From contig JABCTZ010000036.1 of NCBI GenBank assembly GCA_018238155.1, positions 64,001 through 128,000 of the forward strand: a stretch of DNA of 64,000 bases. The letters are read 5' to 3'. This document shows, one piece after another, positions 47,424 through 57,311 of this stretch. A program made the translations under genes and the position numbers. Numbering within the stretch: the stretch's first letter is position 1; the number at the start of each line of letters is the position of its first letter. The notes beneath the pieces were generated by a model, which worked only from the letters and a program-made list of their open reading frames with translations, was not told the DNA's origin and ran no database searches. The DNA comes from Candidatus Heimdallarchaeota archaeon. GTDB taxonomy: Archaea > Asgardarchaeota > Heimdallarchaeia > JABLTI01.

Positions 47424-48077
47424 TCAAAAGAAAAAATTAATTTTTTCTCTAATAATTAACTCAGAGTTAATTATAGTAATTAAAGCGCTTTTGCGTGCTA
47501 ATTCAATAGAATTTGCTGCTACAATCAATACTTTTGTTTGCTTCTGTAATGGTTTGTTAAATAAATTATCCAATTTTAATTCCAAATCCGGAAAGTAATT
47601 CGAAATCTGTATTTCATTTTCTGGGAACTTTATTGTCAAATCATCTGTAATTTCAAAAAACAAAATAGCTTGTGCACCATAAGCAATTGCAATATCTCTT
47701 ATCTTCCAAGAAGAATCTTCATGTTTATCTTTCAAGCATTTTAATGTCACAAAATAATGTTGCTTGTTTTCAAATGCTTGATATTTAAAAACACCATAAT
47801 CATAAAGTCGTTGATTAATCAAATTAATTACTTTCATGCCGTTCTCTGCAAGAGAATGTCCTGTTCTCCCAGGTGTTGTAGATAGAAGATTTTTGCTTTT
47901 ACAATAATTTAGCAAAGATTTTGTACTACTCTCAGATAGAAGTAGCTCCTTTTGAAGTTTATATCTTCCCATTGGCTCTTTCGAAATTAATAATAATGCA
48001 GTAAACAAATCACTGTCTGTGAATTCTGCGCGTGCTCCTCGTTTGCCTGTTTTTATCCATTTAACTATTTTAGACAT
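47424..48077 (-). CDS. Winged-HTH protein (DUF4443-like), putative transcriptional regulator
   Basis: PMGRYKLQKELLLSESSTKSLLNYCKSKNLL...GHSL wHTH; IRDIAIAYGA motif. Confidence 0.7.
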   Translation of the reverse strand: MSKIVKWIKTGKRGARAEFTDSDLFTALLLISKEPMGRYKLQKELLLSESSTKSLLNYCKSKNLLSTTPGRTGHSLAENGMKVINLINQRLYDYGVFKYQAFENKQHYFVTLKCLKDKHEDSSWKIRDIAIAYGAQAILFFEITDDLTIKFPENEIQISNYFPDLELKLDNLFNKPLQKQTKVLIVAANSIELARKSALITIINSELIIREKINFFF

Positions 48078-48120
48078 AGAGTATCACTTACTAGTTCACT
48101 ATTTTGTTTATTTTTTTCAT

Positions 48121-48630
48121 TTACTTTTTCATCTTTTCGGAATCTTTCACGGAAATAAGTATTACCCAAACAATCCCTACTAAGACGGCTACAGATAAAA
48201 TGCCTATTAGAATAAATAACCAAACTCTAATGGGATGATCTGAAGAATCAGCTGGATCTGTTCCACTCGCTACTTCAAAACCATCATTGAATCTATCTCC
48301 ATCTGTGTCTTCATTCCAAGGATCTGTTCCATGCAAATATTCATCTAAATTTACCAATTCATCAAAATCATAATCTAAAATACTATCATCTCGATTTATA
48401 TCAAGATCATTTTCAATTTCCCAGACATCTGGCATGCCATCTTGATCTGTATCTGTTTCATTTTCATCATTTAAAACAAAGATTATCTGATTTTGATAAT
48501 TAAATTTTAATTGTTCTGAAGTAACTAAAGTAAATTCGTAATCGTTAGAAATACCGGAATGTGTTGTTGAGATAAGAATGGTAAATATCAAAAAAATTGA
48601 TAAGTGAATGAAAGGTTTTTTCATATTCAA
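48121..48630 (-). CDS. Small membrane-anchored protein with 3 TSP3-like Ca-binding repeats
   Basis: Signal peptide; DTDQDGMPDVWE, DYDFDELVNLDE, DTDGDRFNDGFE...GTDP; C-terminal TM. Confidence 0.78.
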   Translation of the reverse strand: MNMKKPFIHLSIFLIFTILISTTHSGISNDYEFTLVTSEQLKFNYQNQIIFVLNDENETDTDQDGMPDVWEIENDLDINRDDSILDYDFDELVNLDEYLHGTDPWNEDTDGDRFNDGFEVASGTDPADSSDHPIRVWLFILIGILSVAVLVGIVWVILISVKDSEKMKK

Positions 48631-48638
48631 TCATCTTT

Positions 48639-49331
48639 CTAATTTGAAATCACTTCACTTGAATCTCTTTTTACACTCAAAAGAGACCAACATTTCGTTG
48701 TAATTACTAATTCATCTCCTCTTATTTTTCTAAAAGGATAGGCTCGTAACCAACTATCTGCGTTCTCGGTAGCAATTAAAATTACTTCCACACCAAATCT
48801 ACCAACACCACCAATCTTAGTAAAATACAAGTAAAAGCTTTGAATTGCTTTAACTTCAACAATGTTATGGTTGGATATTTCTTTCCACCAGAAGATATTT
48901 CTCCAACTGATTTTTTCCGCCGTAAATTCTACCTTGAAAGTTAGCATACAAATTAATCTGATTATCGTATAAAGAATATCTAAACTGCCAAGAATTATCA
49001 GTACTATAAAAAAAGTATTTTGTGAGAGGAAAATCAATCCGGGAATAAAAAAAGCAAAACCAACAATCATTAAAGGTAAAAATTGTGCAACTAAAAACAA
49101 CCAAAAATCTTTGCCTTCGGTTTTTAAGCTATACCCTTGCTTAATTTTTTTAATAATCTCTTTTTCTTTCTCCTCGCTAATTTCAAGTTTAACAGAATGC
49201 TTCTCAACAAATTTCTGACGTTTTTCATCTACTTCTTTTATTCCTTCTCCACCAGTTAGAGATTCTTTCAGAGAAACTCGTATTTTATCGTTTTTGTTTC
49301 GCTTTTTCTTTTCTCCGCTCACGTTTTGCAC
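48639..49331 (-). CDS. 2-TM membrane protein with PH-like beta domain
   Basis: Charged N-terminus, two TM helices, KVEFTAEKISWRNIF...EIS...IVEV. Confidence 0.55.
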   Translation of the reverse strand: MQNVSGEKKKRNKNDKIRVSLKESLTGGEGIKEVDEKRQKFVEKHSVKLEISEEKEKEIIKKIKQGYSLKTEGKDFWLFLVAQFLPLMIVGFAFFIPGLIFLSQNTFFIVLIILGSLDILYTIIRLICMLTFKVEFTAEKISWRNIFWWKEISNHNIVEVKAIQSFYLYFTKIGGVGRFGVEVILIATENADSWLRAYPFRKIRGDELVITTKCWSLLSVKRDSSEVISN

Positions 49332-49556
49332 CTTTAGTATGGAAATGATTATCTTATGGCTTTTTTAATGTTAAGTTTATGCTTTTGAAAAGTGTTTCTA
49401 AGCCAATTGAAAAAGATTGATATAAGAAAACTAACAAATTTATCAATTAAATCATTTTTGATAAGCTACTCAAAAATCCTTAATGCTATTCATACGATAA
49501 AATTTTAAGTAGGGTATTCACTCCTTATGTGATATACTTCTGTAAGGTTGGAAGAT

Positions 49557-49808
49557 ATGGAAGTTCACCAGCACCCTGAGAAAAAACACTTTATTGTAAC
49601 AGATGAAACTAGATGCAAAGGCTGTGGCTTGTGCATAGAGTTTTGCCCGAAAAATTGTCTTGGTTTTTCGGATGACTTGAATGAAAAAGGATGGCGTGTA
49701 TCAAAAATGCATCGAATGAAGGATTGCATTAAATGTTACCTGTGCGAGCGCATGTGTCCTGATTTTGCGATATTCGTGGATGAAAGCGATGTTCCCAAGA
49801 AAAAATGA
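49557..49808 (+). CDS. korD: 2-oxoacid:ferredoxin oxidoreductase delta subunit (2x[4Fe-4S] ferredoxin)
   Basis: CKGCGLCIEFCP and CIKCYLCERMCPDFAI; first gene of the kor cluster. Confidence 0.88.
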   Translation: MEVHQHPEKKHFIVTDETRCKGCGLCIEFCPKNCLGFSDDLNEKGWRVSKMHRMKDCIKCYLCERMCPDFAIFVDESDVPKKK

Positions 49809-49857
49809 TTACTTGTTCAAGGAGAAAAAAGAACGATATAATTAGGAGAAAAAGTTC

Positions 49858-51027
49858 GTGGTAGTAGATAAACAACCAAAGGTTTTGACTGGAACCTACT
49901 TTAAAAATGGTAATTGGGGTATAGTTGAAGGAGCAATTGCAAGTGGTATTGCCGAATTTTTTGCTTATCCCATTTCCCCCGCTTCTGAGATTGTTGAATA
50001 TATCAGTTTTCGTTTACCTGCTGTTGGAGGAAAAGCAGCCTTCATTGTAGAAGACGAAATCGCTTCGATAAATATGTGTGTTGGCGCATCTTGGGCAGGT
50101 TCTAAAGTTATGACAACAACATCCGGACCTGGTTTTTCACTTAAACAAGAAGGAATTGGTCTTGCATATATGACTGAGACGCCGATTGTAATTGTCAATG
50201 TTCAAAGAGGAGGACCTGCTACAGGTTTGCCTACATTTTCTGCACAAGGAGATTATATGCAAGTTCAATTTGGATCTCATGGTGATTATCCTGCAGTTGC
50301 ATTGACTCCATGGTCTGTGCAAGAGTGCTTTATTTTAACAATTGAAGCTTTTAATTTATCAGAACAGCTTCGCTCACCTGTTATTCTACTTGTAGATGGT
50401 GAAATAAGTAGAATGATGGAAGAGATTACAATTCCTGAGAAAGAAGAAATAAAAGTTCTTGATAGAAAAACTCCTCCAAAAGGAACTGATAAATCTAAAT
50501 TTAATCAATTTGATGCTAGAAATGAACCTGATTTGGTCCCACCAATGGCTCATTTTGGTGATGGCTATAAAATATTTGGAACAGGATTAACTCACAAGAT
50601 TGATGGTGTTCCTCTCTTAGATGAAGATTTACATACAGAGTTAATGAGTAGGTTATTTAAGAAAATTGAAATAAATAGCTACCTATTTCCAGAGCCTGAA
50701 TATCATCTTGTTGATGATGCTGAGGTTGTAGTCGTTGCAACAGGTATCGTTGCCAGATCGGCTTTGGAAGCAATTAATAAAGCGAGAGAAAAAGGCATTA
50801 AAGCGGGATTGATGCGGTTAATAACCGTCTGGCCATTCCCTGAAGAAGCAATGGAAAAAGTGGCTCAAAAAACAAATTTGATCGTTGCAGAAATGAGTAT
50901 GGGTCAGTTAATTTGGCCTGTAGAACGATTTGCACGAAAGAAATGCAAATTGGTTTCAAGGATTGGTGGAACACCTCCAACTCCAAAACAGATTCTAGAA
51001 GCAATAGAAGAAGAAATAACAAAATGA
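49858..51027 (+). CDS. korA: 2-oxoacid:ferredoxin oxidoreductase alpha subunit
   Basis: YPISP, EDEIAS, TTTSGPGFSL, VQRGGPATGLPT, WPFP. Confidence 0.92.
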   Translation: MVVDKQPKVLTGTYFKNGNWGIVEGAIASGIAEFFAYPISPASEIVEYISFRLPAVGGKAAFIVEDEIASINMCVGASWAGSKVMTTTSGPGFSLKQEGIGLAYMTETPIVIVNVQRGGPATGLPTFSAQGDYMQVQFGSHGDYPAVALTPWSVQECFILTIEAFNLSEQLRSPVILLVDGEISRMMEEITIPEKEEIKVLDRKTPPKGTDKSKFNQFDARNEPDLVPPMAHFGDGYKIFGTGLTHKIDGVPLLDEDLHTELMSRLFKKIEINSYLFPEPEYHLVDDAEVVVVATGIVARSALEAINKAREKGIKAGLMRLITVWPFPEEAMEKVAQKTNLIVAEMSMGQLIWPVERFARKKCKLVSRIGGTPPTPKQILEAIEEEITK

Positions 51028-51037
51028 AGGTGAAATA

Positions 51038-51946
51038 ATGGTTGCAAAAGAACTCGAAATTGATACAAGCACTCTAGTGAAAAAACCAAAGATTAAATTG
51101 CAACATACTCATGAAGATCTCTTGCGAAAAAAAGCCATCCCAACTATTTATTGTCCTGGGTGTGGTATAGGCACAACAATAAATGCATTTCTGGAAGCAA
51201 TTACTAAATATACTATTATTCCTCATAATGATATTATAGTAGTAAGTGGTATTGGTTGTACTGGTAGAGCAAGTGGGTATGTGAACCTTGATGGTTTTCA
51301 TGCATTACATGGTAGAGCAATCCCATTTGCATCTGGAGTAGAGATTGCAAAACCAAAGATGAAACCAGTTATTATTTCTGGTGACGGAGATTTGTTCTCA
51401 ATTGGGTTGGGACATTTGGCTCATGCTGCGAGAAGAAATATCGATATGACTGTTATTTGTGTCAATAATGCAATTTATGGTTTAACTGGAGGACAAGATG
51501 CGCCAACAACTCCCGTAGGAGCAAAAACTAAAACAACTCCATATGGGAAAATTTCATTTCCATTCAATTTATCGCATATTGCTATTGCAAATGGTGCAAC
51601 ATTTTGTGCACGTTATACTGTTTATGAGTTTGTTCAACTCGCAAAAGCAATTGGTAGAGGGATGACCCATCAAGGATTTTCATTTATTGAAGTGATTTCA
51701 AATTGTCATGTTAATTTTGGTCGGAGAAACAATCTTGGCGATTCAATCGCAATGCGTAAGATGTTTAAAGAAGTGCGAGTACCGATGAAAGAAACAGATA
51801 TTGGTCTTGATATTCACAAGACTGACATCAAATTTGAAGTTGGCAAAGGATTTACACGAATCCCAACTGGGATTTTCTTAAATGAAAGAGATAAACCGGA
51901 AGAATTTTCGGAGAGGATTATTGATGCCTACGAATTCAACAAATAA
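51038..51946 (+). CDS. korB: 2-oxoacid:ferredoxin oxidoreductase beta subunit
   Basis: CPGCG, SGIGC, LHGRA, TPP-binding GDGD...NN, YGLTGGQ. Confidence 0.92.
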   Translation: MVAKELEIDTSTLVKKPKIKLQHTHEDLLRKKAIPTIYCPGCGIGTTINAFLEAITKYTIIPHNDIIVVSGIGCTGRASGYVNLDGFHALHGRAIPFASGVEIAKPKMKPVIISGDGDLFSIGLGHLAHAARRNIDMTVICVNNAIYGLTGGQDAPTTPVGAKTKTTPYGKISFPFNLSHIAIANGATFCARYTVYEFVQLAKAIGRGMTHQGFSFIEVISNCHVNFGRRNNLGDSIAMRKMFKEVRVPMKETDIGLDIHKTDIKFEVGKGFTRIPTGIFLNERDKPEEFSERIIDAYEFNK

Positions 51947-52520
51947 TTGTGATATAAATATTATGATAAGAGGTATTGGTGGTCAAGGTGTCAAACTAGT
52001 TGGCACTATTATTGGTCAAGCTGCCATATATGATAAAAGACATGCAGTTCAAAGTATGAAATATGGTTCAGCTATTACGGGCGGAGAAACACGTAGTGAA
52101 ATAAAAGTTTCTACAAAAAAAATCATTTATCCTCGTGTTACAGAAATCGACGTTTATGTAGCGCTCACACAAGATGATTTAGATAAATATTTTGAATCTG
52201 TCGTGTACATCGCTGGTAAAGAAGTTGCAAGAAATGTTCCTAAAGCAATAAAAGATAAAACACTAATGGTACCACTGCTAACAATTGCTGAACAAGTAGG
52301 CAATATTCGAGCTGCAAATTTAGTTCTCGCAGGTGTACTTAATCAATTATTTAATCTTGCTTCTCAAGAATCGTTCATAAAATCAATTGAATATCTTCTC
52401 CCAATAAAACATCACAAGGTCAATGTTGAAGCATTTAAAATGGGTGAAAAATACGATTTATCTCAAGACAATAACCACTCAATTATAGAACAAGCAGATA
52501 TTTGTAAGATTATCGAATAA
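51924..52520 (+). CDS. korC: 2-oxoacid:ferredoxin oxidoreductase gamma subunit
   Basis: GIGGQG, YG...GG..RSE, N..AF..G; ATG 51924 follows GGAGAGG and overlaps the korB end. Confidence 0.88.
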   Translation: MPTNSTNNCDINIMIRGIGGQGVKLVGTIIGQAAIYDKRHAVQSMKYGSAITGGETRSEIKVSTKKIIYPRVTEIDVYVALTQDDLDKYFESVVYIAGKEVARNVPKAIKDKTLMVPLLTIAEQVGNIRAANLVLAGVLNQLFNLASQESFIKSIEYLLPIKHHKVNVEAFKMGEKYDLSQDNNHSIIEQADICKIIE

Positions 52521-52637
52521 AAAAAATTGGCGGGGAGTTTATTTCCCTTTCTTCTTTTTGTTTCTAAAATTTAGTAGCATTTTATCTAGTGTAGATAAAC
52601 TATCAAACTAAAGAATACTGGGAAATAGAAAATGAAT

Positions 52638-53444
52638 TCAATCTCTACCCAATGTTTTTGTTTTCGCTCTTAATTGAACTCCTTCATGATTTGGATACTT
52701 TTTCGCCATTCCCTCTAACTCTTCATCTAATTCAGCAACAAGATCAATATATTTATCATCTTTTCTAAATGCAGTCATAGCTGTTACAATACCATTTGCT
52801 CTTTGTAAAATGAAATCCTCGTCATCAGGGAACTCTGCAGTTAGATCCATTAATTCGTCCAAAAGTGTGATGGCAAATTTATATTCCTTCAATTTGCTTA
52901 AATAACCCATTGCATTTACTAATCCTTTCACTAAAGCAAGTTGTATGTCGTTATTCTCACTATGAGCAGTACCAAGTGCAAGTAATTCATTAATTAGCTG
53001 CTTAATTGGTTCTATTAACTCTCTTTGACCAAAATTAATAATTGAATTAACGAGACCTCCTGCAAGGGATCTTTGGCAAGACATATTCATTGGATATGTT
53101 CTCGCAAAAAGGCGAAGCTCTTCAAGGCGTGCATACATAGAATCGAATTTTTGTTTTTTCATTAAATATGACATGGAATTTGCAAGTGCGGTGGAAAATT
53201 GATTCTGAACTTCTTCAATATCTCCATATTCTGCTACAATATCTCTAAATCGCAATAATACTAGATCAATTCCCTCTGGATCACCAGACATGCCAAAAAT
53301 AGTAATGGTATTAACTAGACCTTTAGCATAACGTAATAGATTCATTTGATCTTTTGGGTTATCTACTGCTTTCTGTCGCATCTCATCTAATTGACCCATT
53401 GTTCTATCGTAGAATACTTGCCGTTTTTTATCTTCTTCAGTCAT
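52638..53444 (-). CDS. Alpha-solenoid (TPR-like) protein of about six 44-aa repeats
   Basis: Recurrent L.EL..L...YP....(V/I)Q...A.GLVN motif; AGGAG SD. Confidence 0.7.
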   Translation of the reverse strand: MTEEDKKRQVFYDRTMGQLDEMRQKAVDNPKDQMNLLRYAKGLVNTITIFGMSGDPEGIDLVLLRFRDIVAEYGDIEEVQNQFSTALANSMSYLMKKQKFDSMYARLEELRLFARTYPMNMSCQRSLAGGLVNSIINFGQRELIEPIKQLINELLALGTAHSENNDIQLALVKGLVNAMGYLSKLKEYKFAITLLDELMDLTAEFPDDEDFILQRANGIVTAMTAFRKDDKYIDLVAELDEELEGMAKKYPNHEGVQLRAKTKTLGRD

Positions 53445-53608
53445 AATTGTTTCTCCTGCTTTTATTATCAGATGATGCCAAACTCTTACTTATTTTCCCT
53501 CTTTGTTTATAAATGCTTTTTCTCTCTGCTTTGAAACTGGTTCGATTATTTAAATTTGTTCTCATGCAATAAGTCTAATACTCTTTTAGAGATTATTTAT
53601 TTTTGTCT

Positions 53609-54724
53609 TCAATTTTTATTCTTTAACTTGTTAATTGTTTCTTTCAAAGCTTCCAAGAATTTGGTATTATTTTCTTTTGAAGTTACACTCATCCTTAAGC
53701 AATTTTCGCAAAGTGGCACTTTACTCATATTTCTAATAAGAACCCCTGTGTCTCTAAGTAAATTTTCCTGAATTTCGTCAGCTGAGAAATTATTTACTTT
53801 AAACATGATGAAATTAGTAAAAGATTTGTAAGGAGTAATTTCAGATATTTTTTGTAATTCGAGGAATATTCTTTCTCTTTCAGTTACAATCCCTTTAGTT
53901 AAATTTGTTAGCAATTTGTTTTCTTGTATAACTGCTTTAGCTAATTCTAGAGATGCTATGTTTACATTGAATGCAGGAAGAAGTTCCTTTATTCTTGAAA
54001 CTAAAAACTCATCACCTAATGCATATCCAATTCTCATACCTGCCATACCATAAAATTTTGACATGCTTTTCATGATGATTAGATTTGGATAGTCATCTAG
54101 TGCGTTAATAAGAGAATATTGACCAAAATCTGAATACGTTTCGTCTAATGCAACGATGCCTGGGAATTCAGAAATAAGCTTTCGCAATTTTCCCTCTTCA
54201 AATTGATTTCCAGTTGGATTGTTAGGCGAACAGAGAAATAGCAATCGATCCTTTTTTGGTGTTATATTAGATAAAATATAATCTGTGTCAAGATCAAATT
54301 CAGGAGCAGGCGTTAAAAGAAGTTCAGTTATTCCTCCACCTTGAACTTTTGCTGCATGTTCATACATTGGATACGTAGGATTGATAATAACAGCATTTTG
54401 ACCTGCAATAATTGTTAATCGTACCATAAGATCAATAATTTTATCTCCTCCATTTCCAATCACAACTTGGTTAGAGTTTAGATTATTTTTTTCTGCTACC
54501 AGATCACATAAAGAATCACAATAGTCTTCTGGATATATTCTTGGGTCGATTTTTGCTGCAATTTGTTTCATTAATTTTTTAATGACTTCTTCTGGGAAAG
54601 CCAGATTTTCATTTAAACCTATTCGAACAGTTACTTTTTCCTTAATTTTCGCAGGCATAAATCCTCCTTTTCCTTGAAAGGGGTCATTAATCATGCTAGA
54701 CAAATAGACTTTTTTCTCTTGCAT
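53609..54724 (-). CDS. hisC: Histidinol-phosphate aminotransferase (class II PLP aminotransferase)
   Basis: LNEN, YP, GNGGD, CSPNNPTG, DETY.DF, SMSKFYGMAGMRIGY. Confidence 0.85.
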   Translation of the reverse strand: MQEKKVYLSSMINDPFQGKGGFMPAKIKEKVTVRIGLNENLAFPEEVIKKLMKQIAAKIDPRIYPEDYCDSLCDLVAEKNNLNSNQVVIGNGGDKIIDLMVRLTIIAGQNAVIINPTYPMYEHAAKVQGGGITELLLTPAPEFDLDTDYILSNITPKKDRLLFLCSPNNPTGNQFEEGKLRKLISEFPGIVALDETYSDFGQYSLINALDDYPNLIIMKSMSKFYGMAGMRIGYALGDEFLVSRIKELLPAFNVNIASLELAKAVIQENKLLTNLTKGIVTERERIFLELQKISEITPYKSFTNFIMFKVNNFSADEIQENLLRDTGVLIRNMSKVPLCENCLRMSVTSKENNTKFLEALKETINKLKNKN

Positions 54725-54779
54725 TAATTATCAAATCCAATTATATTCTGCTAGTTAAACTCTAGTAAATGTTTTTTGG

Positions 54780-57161
54780 TTACTCAAGACCAAGTTCCTT
54801 TTTGACCGTATTTGTCCAAGCTTGGAACTTCATACCATGTCTCATTGGACCTATGAATTTAATCTGTTTAGACATATACGCTGAAGCGGCATTAACTTCT
54901 CCTGTAAATATCCCTGCAGCAACTGATTTATCCATCTCAATTAGGACATCATTAGATTCCAATATTCCTTCTCCGGTAGAAAATTTTCCGTTATCAATGT
55001 TTATCCAGTATCCTGGTCCGGGAACGATTTTAAATTGGAAATTCAGTTTTGATTTCTTTGATTTATTCTGAATTTTCTTATTGCCATTACATATTTCAAC
55101 TAAAACTTCAAGGTATTCAGGAATGTCTTCTAAATCAAAAGTTCCAGATTTCACTTTGGAAATAACAACTCCACGCAATCCTTCACCAAAAGAAGAAGCA
55201 TCCACTGATTTTGGCGGTTCAGCAGTTTCTAAAGTTAAGCCAATTTCAAATCCATCATGAATTGCATCAAGCATTTTTCTTACTCTTTTCCTTTTACAAT
55301 CTCCAATTTTGAAAACTTTTGGAACTAGTTTTTTCATATCATCTTCAATATCACAAAACGGCTTTGGTTCAATGGTGTTTACAATAGCATCAAATGCTAC
55401 AGTTTTTTCTTCATTATCTTTTAGTAAAATTGCTTCGTTCTTTTTGATTAATTTTATTGACGTTCCAACATGTACGGTAATGAGTTCATTATCAAATGTT
55501 TGTTGTACTATTTCTGAGCCAACGAGAGAATATAGATCTGCACCCAGAATTGAACTTTCTTCTATTAAAATTACTGATTTACCTTTACTTGTAAGATAAT
55601 CCGCAACCTCAATTCCAATCATACCACCGTTTAGAACAAGGATAGTTTTTCCCTCTGGAATGTTTCCACTTAAAACTTCTTCAAAAGTAGAGACCTGATC
55701 ATCAATTAGTCCATTTATAACAGGGATTTGTATCTTAGAACCCGTAGCTAAAATTGCTACGTTGGGTTTAAAATCTTCAACTATCTTTTCATCAAAAGTG
55801 GTGTTTAATTTGAGAGGAATAGCTAATTTCTCAATCAATATTTCATAATAATTTAGTACATTGTTTAGTTCAGATTTCATTGGTGAAACTTTGGCCAACA
55901 ACAAACTACCACCTATCTTATCTTTGCTTTCAATTAGTAAAACTTCATGCCCTCTTAATTTCGCTACTCGAGCAGCTTCTAATCCTGCTGGTCCTGCTCC
56001 AACAATTAGTACTTTCTGAGGATCAATTGTTCTTCCAATATCCTCATCTGTTCCAAGTACATTTGGATTTACTGCACACTTTAATGATTCTTCAATTAAT
56101 ATCTGATTTAAACAAGCATTACATGCCGGGCATATAATTACCTCATCTCTCTTTCCCTCTTGTAATTTATTTGGGAGAAATGGATCTGCTATTAGTGCTC
56201 TTCCCATAGCTACCATATCTGCTCTCCCTTCCTGTAGGATTTTTTCTGCAATTTCAGGTGTATTTATTCTTCCTACAACACAAATTGGCACTTTTTGAAC
56301 TGCACTTTTAATTATCGCCGAATATTCTGAATATACACCACGTGGAATGTTCATAAATGGGACAACAGGATAATAGGGCGAATCAAAAATACCTGCTGTA
56401 ATATTGATGAGGCCTACTCCATTTTCCTCGAGAGCAACAGCAATTTTTGCCATATCATCTACTTCAAGACCGCCTTCAATATAATCTCTACAGTTTATTC
56501 TAAAACCAATAATGAAATTCTCCCCACACTTATTTCTAATAGCATTCAATATCTCGAGAGCAATTCTCATTCTATTTTCTAAGGAACCACCATACTCGTC
56601 AGTTCTTTTGTTGTACACTGGAGAAAAAAATTGATTAATTAAATATCCATGCCCTGCATGAATTTCTACTCCGTCAAATCCTGCCTTTTTGACACGCAAA
56701 CATGCTTTTGCGTAGTTAGCAGTTAATTTCTTAATCATCTTCTTTGTGAGTGGTTGAGGGATAACTCCTGTTAAAGTGCTTGGTATATCTGACGGACCTA
56801 CTAATTGTTCTCCTGTAATGAAACTTGTAGCTTGAATGCCTGCATGATAAACTTGTATCATCGCGAGCGCACCATGTTTCTTGATGCTTTCAGCAACTTT
56901 TCGTAAATGAGGTATCTTTCTATCATTCTCTGCACTGAGCATACGAAGAGTACCTCGTCCAACAACATCGAAATAAGTTGCTTCAGCAATAATGATACCT
57001 GCACCACCTTTTGATCGTAATTCATAATATTTCAAATTACATTCAGTAGCTTGTCCTTTTTCATCTCCAAAATTAGTATCCATCCCTGGCATTACTATTC
57101 TATTTCTAATCATCACATTTCCAATTGTAATAGGTTCAAATAGTTTCAATCGCTTCACCAA
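54780..57161 (-). CDS. NADH:flavin oxidoreductase (OYE/2,4-dienoyl-CoA reductase/BaiCD-like, 4Fe-4S, FAD) fused to an SCP2 lipid-binding domain
   Basis: RNRIVMP, EIHAGHGYLINQF, RTDEYGGS, CPACNAC...CAVNP, IVGAGPAGLEAA; C-terminal FQFKI...YWINIDNG...AYMSKQIKFIG. Confidence 0.88.
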   Translation of the reverse strand: MVKRLKLFEPITIGNVMIRNRIVMPGMDTNFGDEKGQATECNLKYYELRSKGGAGIIIAEATYFDVVGRGTLRMLSAENDRKIPHLRKVAESIKKHGALAMIQVYHAGIQATSFITGEQLVGPSDIPSTLTGVIPQPLTKKMIKKLTANYAKACLRVKKAGFDGVEIHAGHGYLINQFFSPVYNKRTDEYGGSLENRMRIALEILNAIRNKCGENFIIGFRINCRDYIEGGLEVDDMAKIAVALEENGVGLINITAGIFDSPYYPVVPFMNIPRGVYSEYSAIIKSAVQKVPICVVGRINTPEIAEKILQEGRADMVAMGRALIADPFLPNKLQEGKRDEVIICPACNACLNQILIEESLKCAVNPNVLGTDEDIGRTIDPQKVLIVGAGPAGLEAARVAKLRGHEVLLIESKDKIGGSLLLAKVSPMKSELNNVLNYYEILIEKLAIPLKLNTTFDEKIVEDFKPNVAILATGSKIQIPVINGLIDDQVSTFEEVLSGNIPEGKTILVLNGGMIGIEVADYLTSKGKSVILIEESSILGADLYSLVGSEIVQQTFDNELITVHVGTSIKLIKKNEAILLKDNEEKTVAFDAIVNTIEPKPFCDIEDDMKKLVPKVFKIGDCKRKRVRKMLDAIHDGFEIGLTLETAEPPKSVDASSFGEGLRGVVISKVKSGTFDLEDIPEYLEVLVEICNGNKKIQNKSKKSKLNFQFKIVPGPGYWINIDNGKFSTGEGILESNDVLIEMDKSVAAGIFTGEVNAASAYMSKQIKFIGPMRHGMKFQAWTNTVKKELGLE

Positions 57162-57311
57162 TATTTATTGTTAGTAATTAATACTACATGTAATTAGTTA
57201 TTATGATAAAAAATTTACCTTAAAAAAAGCAATCAATTCTCAAGGAGTATATTACGTTCTATTACAAGAAGACCCACAATCCTTTTGAGAAGAAAAAATC
57301 CTTCTACAAAT

